64,000 bases of DNA from an uncultured archaeon (GTDB taxonomy: Archaea; Asgardarchaeota; Thorarchaeia; Thorarchaeales; Thorarchaeaceae). A model generated the notes under the pieces. The model saw only the letters and a list, made by a program, of their open reading frames with translations. It was not told the origin of the DNA and searched no databases. A program made the translations under genes and the position numbers. The first letter of the stretch is position 1. Each line of letters begins with the position of its first letter. The stretch covers positions 64,001 through 128,000 of the forward strand of contig CAZLEV010000007.1 of NCBI GenBank assembly GCA_964558645.1. The letters are read 5' to 3'. Shown piece by piece: positions 56,750 through 64,000 of this stretch.

Positions 56750-57141
56750 GACGGCCGCAAATGATTAACAACATCTTGATATAAACGTTCACTAATCTTA
56801 TTTCTGCGAACTTGAAAACACAAAACCTTCAGAAACGCAGAAACGCCTTGTTTCAGACGTTTCCGCTCAGACCTTCATAGAGTATCACTAGCAGAATTGT
56901 AGATAACTTATTGACCGGGTCGCACACCTTAGTGCCGAAACCTCTGGCATCTGCTGAGGTGGTGTCTGTTGCCATGATTATCACAATGCCTTCAGTCCGG
57001 GCGAATGACTATCTGCTAATTCCATACCTCGTCACAAAGGGGCTCTCATCATCTACCTATTGGGCAGATTTATCAAGGTGAGAGACTAAACATCCTTCAG
57101 GGATGTGTCGAGTCTGAATCGTAAGCGACCCACTAGATTCT

Positions 57142-58392
57142 TTGACAGTGACACAGGTGAAACAGGGTTTGGAGGATTCCAGAATAGACGCTAATTCTCA
57201 GGAGAACGCTGACCGCGTGTCATACGAGGCAGTTTCCGTCCGCGAAGTCCTTGCCAAGATGAAGACTTACTCAGAGCTCATGCTGGATCTTGCCTATTCA
57301 TCCATCCTCTTCTCAAGTCCAGAATTGACCAAGTGGGTGATGGAGCTGGAGGAGGAAGTAGACTATCTGGGTTATCAACTTCTCATGTCCCTATCTCTCT
57401 CAATAAGAGACAAGGACGATGCTGAACTCGCCGTGGGTCTTTTTCGAGTGGCCGGTTCAACAAACAAGGTGTCTGACGCTGCCGCAGATATCGCGAAACT
57501 GGCCAGGAAGAAGGGCGAGGTTCACCCCCTTATCGAGGATATGTTCAAGTACGTGGAAGAGCGCCTCATGCAGGTCGAGGTCACTGAAGGGTCAACTCTG
57601 ATTGACTCCACTGTGGGTGATTTGTGGGACAAACATGACATCAATGTTGATACTATTGCAGTCCGCAGAAACAGGAATTGGACTGTGAATCCGGAGCGTG
57701 AATGGTCGTTCAATGAAGGTGATGTTGCATTTGTGAGAGGGTCACCAAGAGAGGTGGCCAAAGTACATAGTATCGCATCAGGTACAGAGCCTGAGGTACC
57801 TGAAGAAGATGCACTTGAGCCTGAAGACAATCTAGAACGCCTCCTTCTTGATATGAAAGAAACTTCAGAATTCATGGTTTCCCTTGCCTTCGCAGCTGTA
57901 AAGTATCAAGATTCTGAACTGGCAAAAGAGGTCGGCGAACTGGAGGAACGAGTAGATAGTCAATGCGATTCTGCTGTGAGGGAGATACTCTCGCTTAGTG
58001 ATGAGAGTGTCAATCGCCGCCTAGATCTGATACGTCTGGTCATAGCTGCTGAGCAGATAGCTGATGCTGCCTGGGAGATAGCAGCTGTTCAGCTTAGCGG
58101 CCTGAAGACCCATCCGGTCATAGCCTCCATTGCTGATGAGGCCGAGGAGATTGTGAGTAGGGTAATCATTCATCCTGACTCTCCCCTTGCCGGTCATACG
58201 CTCAGAGAGTTGGCGCTCGACGATAACTACGGCATCTATGTACTGACAGTTCGGCGTGAGGGTCATTGGTTCCATCGGCCGTCAGCTGACTTCACGCTTC
58301 GAGAGAATGATGTGCTTGTCTTCGATGGATACAGGGAAGGTCTTGATGATATGAGATCTCTGGCAGACCCTAGTTGTGAAACGCAGAGCTAA
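57142..58392 (+). CDS. PhoU + TrkA-C (RCK-C) duplicated-domain protein
   Basis: Twice MK..SE.M..LA..A/S...ELA..V.ELEE.VD with DAA.(D/E)IA, each followed by a TrkA-C domain (S.L.G.TL..L...I.V..VRR). Confidence 0.85.
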   Translation: MTVTQVKQGLEDSRIDANSQENADRVSYEAVSVREVLAKMKTYSELMLDLAYSSILFSSPELTKWVMELEEEVDYLGYQLLMSLSLSIRDKDDAELAVGLFRVAGSTNKVSDAAADIAKLARKKGEVHPLIEDMFKYVEERLMQVEVTEGSTLIDSTVGDLWDKHDINVDTIAVRRNRNWTVNPEREWSFNEGDVAFVRGSPREVAKVHSIASGTEPEVPEEDALEPEDNLERLLLDMKETSEFMVSLAFAAVKYQDSELAKEVGELEERVDSQCDSAVREILSLSDESVNRRLDLIRLVIAAEQIADAAWEIAAVQLSGLKTHPVIASIADEAEEIVSRVIIHPDSPLAGHTLRELALDDNYGIYVLTVRREGHWFHRPSADFTLRENDVLVFDGYREGLDDMRSLADPSCETQS

Positions 58393-58492
58393 GCATGCTC
58401 CGGGATCATCTTGACCGATGCTATATGCATCTTGCCTCTTACCAAATACAAACTAACTTGAGAAAAGGACGGAGGGTCCGGCAATCAGTGCT

Positions 58493-59704
58493 TCAGACGA
58501 TCAGCAGGATTGAGAGTAATAGGAATACAGAAGTGAGTCCGTCCGCTATCGCTGATCCTATAGGAATTACGAAGTTGTCGGGGTCTAGTCCTCTGTTGTA
58601 GGTTACCATCGTCAAGAAAATTGAGATGAAGACCATTGTTGCAACGGCCGGTATGTTGGTTAAGACCAAACGTCCAATGAAGATGATGAAAATGCCTTGA
58701 TCTAATACACCAAACAGAAGAGCAGCTGCAAGTCCGTAAGTGAGGAACATGGTGAGAGATGCAGCCCAAGCTGAGGCAATCTCCTCGAGCTGCTGTCTGA
58801 AGGATCGTAGATTGGCTTGAATCGTCCCGAGGCTGAGCTTCGTGGTTGACGTCGATCCGATTATGGATCCTACATCACCGACAGTGCATATGATTGCAGG
58901 ATAGACGGCATAGATGTGTGGAACGCTAGCCACAGCTTGGCTGATGCGGTCCAAGGCTGAGCCGGCAATGTTCACAAAGAAACCTATGACGAAAAGGACG
59001 CTCAGAAACTCTTTCATTGCTCTTCGGAGCACCTTCTCATTACGATTGGTCCAGGTCATCTTCAGGATTATGCTGCTGAATATGACAACGATAACTAACA
59101 GTACGGTCATCACTTCAGGTGCATTGGACAAAGCGACGATAATCAAGTAGATGATAGTGACAAGAACATCGGCAACTGTGGAGATTACAGGGTATGTGAC
59201 TATATCAGGATCAAGGCCTTTTCGCATCGCGACGAACGAAACAAGCACGGTAACCGGGGAGATGGCCGCAAATGCCAATGCCATCGTTGCTATCATGACA
59301 ATAAGCATCATCATGACGTCAGCAGCTGTCAGTCCAATAAACACAAGACCGAAGATGCATGCGTATGCCCACATCACGATGGATGCTATCAATGAGAGGG
59401 ATGCCATGGTACTTGTAAGGACATGGAAATGCTCTGTATTGTCTGTCAGAGTTGGCCTTATTGTTCCAATGTGCAAGGCAGTAGAAAGCCTACCACTGAA
59501 CATGCCACCGATAGCACCTTTGACACTCAGAACGGATGGGTACAGGAGCAATCCCCAGCTGACAGCACCGATGACCGACTCAGAGGTTGCAAGAAAGAAG
59601 CCAGCTGCTATTCCTCCGAGGTTGAAGGCAAGCGAAATAACAGACCGACCGTAAAGCTGCGCTGGTTTCTTCAGGTTGTGCAGATTCAGCTTCACCGTCA
59701 TCAC
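58493..59704 (-). CDS. mgtE: MgtE/SLC41-type divalent cation transporter (two MgtE membrane domains)
   Basis: GRLSTALHIG, GLDPDIVTYPVISTVAD, GLDPDNFVIPIGSAIAD. Confidence 0.88.
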   Translation of the reverse strand: MMTVKLNLHNLKKPAQLYGRSVISLAFNLGGIAAGFFLATSESVIGAVSWGLLLYPSVLSVKGAIGGMFSGRLSTALHIGTIRPTLTDNTEHFHVLTSTMASLSLIASIVMWAYACIFGLVFIGLTAADVMMMLIVMIATMALAFAAISPVTVLVSFVAMRKGLDPDIVTYPVISTVADVLVTIIYLIIVALSNAPEVMTVLLVIVVIFSSIILKMTWTNRNEKVLRRAMKEFLSVLFVIGFFVNIAGSALDRISQAVASVPHIYAVYPAIICTVGDVGSIIGSTSTTKLSLGTIQANLRSFRQQLEEIASAWAASLTMFLTYGLAAALLFGVLDQGIFIIFIGRLVLTNIPAVATMVFISIFLTMVTYNRGLDPDNFVIPIGSAIADGLTSVFLLLSILLIV

Positions 59705-60182
59705 CGTCCTCCATGGATATTCGCCTCTTGCCTTGTTCTACATGTTCAGCTCTTACTTTCACTCGAAGTGACATATTGTCAGCAGACCACATCACCATAT
59801 ACTACGTCAATGTGAAGTTACGTGGGCTTTCCATTCAAGATATTGAATAATACCCGAATATTGACACGCGACCTTTGTGGTCCGCTGCAGATGCTGATAA
59901 GAGATTTTTGATGTGTATGATAAGTCTTTTCTCTTCAGCTGGATAGCACAGAAATGATCTCCACCTATCTCCATACTTGGCAGCACTGGAGCCCTTTGTC
60001 TTCTAACTAGGATGACTCTGAGTTCGCCAAGTCATTGCCTAATCTGATACTCAATACAGTTCGATTGTTTCGCTCAGTCATTACGAACTCGTCTTGAGTT
60101 CAGTGGGGCTATCAGCATCGATAGACTATTAGGCCACTCTCAATTCCTGAAATGTGTGTAAATACAGGGCTTGTGTCATTCT

Positions 60183-60926
60183 ATGGCTAAGAAGAAGTTT
60201 GCAAGAGACCTTGATACCCTAATTGACAGAATAAGACCGAGCATCTCGGCAGACCATCTTGATAATCTGTACGAGGTTCGTGATCGTCTTGTCGAACTGA
60301 GTCGCAGGGGCTTGGCAAAGGTCAACCACAGTGTGATGCAGGTTCTATGTGCTAAGCATCTCATTGAGGAGGGCTACGAAGTTAGAGTGGAGTATTCTCT
60401 TAACGGTGGGAGCTTGACAGCTGACCTATTCGCTGTCAGAGAGAGGATGCTCGGCCTCGGCGAAGACCCAAGAGATGCTATCCTAAGCGAAATGCATGGC
60501 GTTTCGGAAAACGAGGAAACTCTTGTCCTGGAAGTGGAAACTGGATTCGTGCCGCCAAAAGCGGCTCTCAGTCCTGGGAGTTACCGCTCGACAAGAATTG
60601 CTGCCAAGATTGCACGCTATGCCGGGTTCAGTCATCGGTTTAGTCTGGCAACTCCTCACTATCACGTCTTACAGATACCTGATGTCATGTTGCAGCCTGT
60701 CGGTCACCGAGATGAATCTCAGCTTCTCAAGCTCAAGGATCTCTGTGATTCGCAGTACTTCTCCCCACCCGTGTTGTATGATGCGCTTGCGACGTCTGAG
60801 ATACATAGCGTCTTTGTTGTCAACGTTGACGAAACCAAGACACGGGAAGTTGACCCCCAGCAGTACAGATACACTGTCATGCAGGCTGAGGGCATCATCC
60901 AGATGGAAACCGCAACTGGTCTCTGA
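60183..60926 (+). CDS. Conserved archaeal hypothetical protein, probable PD-(D/E)xK nuclease fold
   Basis: GYEVRVEY, TADLFA, VLEVETGFVPP, KIARY. Confidence 0.6.
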   Translation: MAKKKFARDLDTLIDRIRPSISADHLDNLYEVRDRLVELSRRGLAKVNHSVMQVLCAKHLIEEGYEVRVEYSLNGGSLTADLFAVRERMLGLGEDPRDAILSEMHGVSENEETLVLEVETGFVPPKAALSPGSYRSTRIAAKIARYAGFSHRFSLATPHYHVLQIPDVMLQPVGHRDESQLLKLKDLCDSQYFSPPVLYDALATSEIHSVFVVNVDETKTREVDPQQYRYTVMQAEGIIQMETATGL

Positions 60927-60989
60927 CATGCAAATGGAATGATTCCTCTGGTATTGTATGAAATGGTGAGATGGAGTAGAGATATAGCT

Positions 60990-61280
60990 CTAGCCGCCGC
61001 CAGCAAAGATTGGAAGAAGGTCGATCTGGTCGCCATCGTTCAGAACCGTGTCCAGTCCTTGCATCCGGAGAATAGGGACATCGTTAATGTTCACCATAAC
61101 ATCCCCGCTTATCTTCTCTCCTTCGGGATCGTAAATGTACGTCTTGAAGACCTCGCTGTGCTTCTCAATGAGACGGTAGAAGAGGTCTCTCACTCTGGCT
61201 CCGTTGGCGAGTTCGACAGAATCACTAGTCGTTGCCATCTTTGATGCAAGCAATCCAAAATAGTTGATGACAATGCTCAT
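60990..61280 (-). CDS. MoaD/ThiS/SAMP-type beta-grasp sulfur carrier
   Basis: INYFGLL, VNIND, LDTVLNDGDQIDLLPIFAGGG C-terminus. Confidence 0.88.
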   Translation of the reverse strand: MSIVINYFGLLASKMATTSDSVELANGARVRDLFYRLIEKHSEVFKTYIYDPEGEKISGDVMVNINDVPILRMQGLDTVLNDGDQIDLLPIFAGGG

Positions 61281-61344
61281 CGAATCACCCAGGTACTAGG
61301 TGTGTTAATCCAAATTGTTTTTCAACATTTCGACTGTAGCATCA

Positions 61345-62439
61345 TCATCGGGGGGGTTCTATCTTATCTGTTCCTCTCATGACAAGGTCTGCAATCACGA
61401 CTGCAGCAAGACATTCGACAACTGGCACCGCTCTCGGAACTATGCAGGGATCATGCCGACCTTTTATACGAATCTCTGTGTTCTGTCCAGTTTCAAGATT
61501 CACTGTGCTTTGCGGCCCTGCGATGGAAGGTGTAGGCTTGAAAGCCAACCTGAATACAATTGGCTGACCATTTGAAATTCCACCGAGGATTCCACCAGCG
61601 TCGTTCTTGAGTAATATCACTTTCCCGTTCTGGATTGCAAGAGGATCGTTGTTTTGGGAACCTTGACTGGCTGCACTGGAGAAACCCGCCCCGAACTCGA
61701 TACCCTTTGCTCCGGGAATAGCAAACATCGCTTGGCTCACTACGCTCTCTATGGATCCGAAGAGAGGCTCACCCACGCCGACTGGAACACCCAGGATTCG
61801 GCATTCGATAATGCCGCCGATCGAATCTCCTTGACGCTTCACCCTCGCAATCTCCTTGGCCATTTCAAACGAGATTTTGTGGTCGGCACACCTGACCGCA
61901 TTAGCATATGTTTGGGATCTGATTTCTTGATTAGTAGCCGGTGTATGGATTTTCACGTTACCAACTTGGACGACATGTGCAATCACCTCGATTCCAGCCC
62001 CTGCAAGCAGCTGCTTCGCAACGCTTCCGGCAGCAACCAGTGCAGCCGTCATTCTTCCTGAGAATACGCCGCTACCACGGTAGTCATTCTTTCCGTTGTA
62101 TTTAATTCGGGCAGTATAATCGGCGGTACCTGGCCGAGGGGTGTCCTTAAGATTGTCATAATGTGACGAGTTCGCGTCTGTATTGGGAATCGTCATGACC
62201 AAGGGGGCCTCCGTCGTCATCCCGTCAAACAGGCCGCTCAATACTGATATGGAGTCCATTTCTCTTCTTGCAGAGGTCAGCTTTCCTTGGCCTGGCCTTC
62301 GATGGTCTAAATCACTTTGGATGGCTTCCAAGTCAATGCCAAATCCCGGTGGACACCCTTCTATGATGACACCAACGCAATTTCCATGCGACTCTCCGAA
62401 GACATGTATCTTGAACTTCTGGCCGAATGTGAATGTCAT
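61345..62439 (-). CDS. aroC: Chorismate synthase
   Basis: FGESHG, RRPGQ, PRPGTAD, SGRMTA, GGILGGISNG, FKPTPSI, GRHDPCIVPRA. Confidence 0.96.
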   Translation of the reverse strand: MTFTFGQKFKIHVFGESHGNCVGVIIEGCPPGFGIDLEAIQSDLDHRRPGQGKLTSARREMDSISVLSGLFDGMTTEAPLVMTIPNTDANSSHYDNLKDTPRPGTADYTARIKYNGKNDYRGSGVFSGRMTAALVAAGSVAKQLLAGAGIEVIAHVVQVGNVKIHTPATNQEIRSQTYANAVRCADHKISFEMAKEIARVKRQGDSIGGIIECRILGVPVGVGEPLFGSIESVVSQAMFAIPGAKGIEFGAGFSSAASQGSQNNDPLAIQNGKVILLKNDAGGILGGISNGQPIVFRLAFKPTPSIAGPQSTVNLETGQNTEIRIKGRHDPCIVPRAVPVVECLAAVVIADLVMRGTDKIEPPR

Positions 62440-63740
62440 ATCTTTCCTCCTGACAGTGTGTAGTTATTTGCGAGCTCAATTCTCCCTCCAAGAGTCTGAA
62501 TGTCTCGGATGAAGTTGGGATAGCTCTTGCTTATGCATTCTACACCTTCTACCACGGTGTTTCCGTCAGCAATCATACCTGCAAGAATGCAAGTCATCGC
62601 TATGCGATGATCGTTGTGGGAGTCAAGCGTGGCCCCCTTAAGCGTCGTGGGTCCTCTAATCTCAAGACCATCATCATTGATACTGATGTTAGCTCCCATT
62701 TTCCGGAGTTCAATGGAGATAGAAGCCAAGCGATTGCTTTCCTTGTAACGCAGCCTTGCCGCATTGTAGATTCGAGTTGTCCCATGCGCTTGAGTTGCAG
62801 CCAGGGTCAACACAGGGACAATATCTGGTGTTTGGCTCACGTCGATTGCGAGAGCCCGTAATTCTGAAAGACCAGTGGAGATGCTACGTCCTGTGTTTCT
62901 TACTGAAGCACCCATTTCATTGAGAATGTTGATGATATGGGCATCGCCCTGTTTCGAATCGCGTTTCAATCCAGTTACTCTGACATTCCCCCCTAGTGCT
63001 CCAGCGACCATCAAGAACGCTGCAGATGAATAATCACCTTCGACGTCAAACTCGTCTGAGTGGTACTCCTGGTTTCCAGGCATATGGATGTATTTCCAAT
63101 TATCTGCTGCTTCGGAATAGACTCCAAAATGTGCCATCGTTTCAAGTGTAAGTTCGACGTAGGGCTTGGACGCCAACTCTGTTGTGATTTCTAGTGTTGT
63201 GTCTCCGACAGCCTTAGAGCATGCAAAGAGGAGGCCTGAGATGTACTGAGACGAAACATCCCCACGAATCCTGACAGAGCCTCCTCTCAGAAGTCCTCCG
63301 TGGACTTCTACGGGGGGCCGCCCGTTCGAGTTGATTGACTTCGCGTTTACGCCCAGTTGACGCAGACCGGAAACGAGATGTTTGATGGGTCTTCTGGACA
63401 GAGTCTTATCTCCTGTCAACACACATCTTCCATCTGCTAAGGCAGAAAGTGCAGTGAAGATCCTAAGAGTGGTGCCGGATGCCCGGCAATGCATTTCCGA
63501 GGCAGGAGCACGTAGTCTATTCGGCCCAGTTATCTCCGTGGTGATGCCCCTGCGAATATCTGCGCCCATCATGCTCGCGTTCTGTAGTGTGACTTCGGTA
63601 TCGTCGCACAACAGAGGGTTGTTGATTCGTGTCGTTTCTGGAGAGAGAAGTCCGCATACAATAGCTCGATGTGTATGACTCTTTGACGGCGGAGTGCAGA
63701 CAGTTCCGTCAACTTCAGAATTCCAGACATTTGCCCTCAG
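62436..63740 (-). CDS. aroA: EPSP synthase (3-phosphoshikimate 1-carboxyvinyltransferase)
   Basis: The frame stays open upstream of the track start and encodes PPSKSHTHRA. Also ASGTTLR, SSQYISG, DYSSAAF, RYKESNR, DHRIAM, KSYPNF. Probable CTG start at 63740. Confidence 0.93.
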   Translation of the reverse strand: MRANVWNSEVDGTVCTPPSKSHTHRAIVCGLLSPETTRINNPLLCDDTEVTLQNASMMGADIRRGITTEITGPNRLRAPASEMHCRASGTTLRIFTALSALADGRCVLTGDKTLSRRPIKHLVSGLRQLGVNAKSINSNGRPPVEVHGGLLRGGSVRIRGDVSSQYISGLLFACSKAVGDTTLEITTELASKPYVELTLETMAHFGVYSEAADNWKYIHMPGNQEYHSDEFDVEGDYSSAAFLMVAGALGGNVRVTGLKRDSKQGDAHIINILNEMGASVRNTGRSISTGLSELRALAIDVSQTPDIVPVLTLAATQAHGTTRIYNAARLRYKESNRLASISIELRKMGANISINDDGLEIRGPTTLKGATLDSHNDHRIAMTCILAGMIADGNTVVEGVECISKSYPNFIRDIQTLGGRIELANNYTLSGGKI

Positions 63741-64000
63741 AGTCCAAGCCTCCTTCGAATATGATCTACAGTTTCACTCACACCCATTGTGTCCGTACAG
63801 ACTTCTATGTCCTTGATGGCATCGTACAACCTACTTCTCTTTGCGAGAAGCTGTTTCACCTGCTCTATGCGTTTAGTTTCGTCCTCAGGCAAGAGCGGGC
63901 GGAGCTCAGAGGACCTAGCCCTTGCAGCGATTGTGGCAACAGACGCCCTCAAAAGAACAACCTGTGTGCGCTTGCTTATGATTTCGGAACTAGAAGGATA
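63737..64000 (-). CDS. aroK: Shikimate kinase, C-terminal part (bacterial NMP-kinase type; runs off the window end)
   Basis: VVLLRASVATIAAR...RPLL...LLAKRSRLY..I.D..V.TD; directly upstream of aroA. Confidence 0.8.
   Translation of the reverse strand, partial: YPSSSEIISKRTQVVLLRASVATIAARARSSELRPLLPEDETKRIEQVKQLLAKRSRLYDAIKDIEVCTDTMGVSETVDHIRRRLGL

Noticed and set aside
60990-61280. Eukaryote-type ubiquitin
   Set aside because: The sequence pattern (YFGLL, L.DGD.I.LLP..AGG) is MoaD/SAMP-like, and no E1/E2/JAB genes are adjacent.
1-64000. Mobile elements, provirus, rRNA
   Set aside because: No transposase, integrase, terminal inverted repeats, viral structural genes or rRNA-like segments were recognised.

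Overview
A gene-dense chromosomal segment of an archaeon, most likely an Asgard archaeon of the Thorarchaeia type. This is inferred from longin/uDENN proteins, a Rab-like GTPase, a gelsolin-like protein, Mtd, an FrhB-family subunit, an AOR-family enzyme and an expanded set of beta-helix/Ig-like surface glycoproteins. I saw no rRNA, tRNA, CRISPR array, integrase or transposase. Housekeeping genes include mtd, ribA, aor, an ECF transporter, glcD with a split Fe-S partner, mgtE with a PhoU/TrkA-C gene, and aroK-aroA-aroC. The most notable observations: (1) a translationally coupled gene pair that together resembles the eukaryotic GPI-lipid remodelase Cwh43/PGAP2IP; (2) tandem longin genes, one with NPRL2 (GATOR1)-like longin plus winged-helix architecture, and a nearby uDENN-longin/Zn-finger fusion; (3) an orphan, enlarged NurA-HerA pair without mre11/rad50; (4) a same-strand run of RING-like, gelsolin-like, double PRC-barrel and Rab genes; (5) a CBS+HPF-like ribosome-hibernation candidate; (6) a likely catalytically dead glycogen-debranching enzyme; (7) a structured 5' leader with an anti-SD loop before a large surface-protein gene; (8) a probable CTG start for aroA; (9) a hidden 35-codon remnant of an ECF S-component gene; (10) recent exact duplications inside surface-protein genes. 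All family assignments come from motif recognition by eye, not from database searches.
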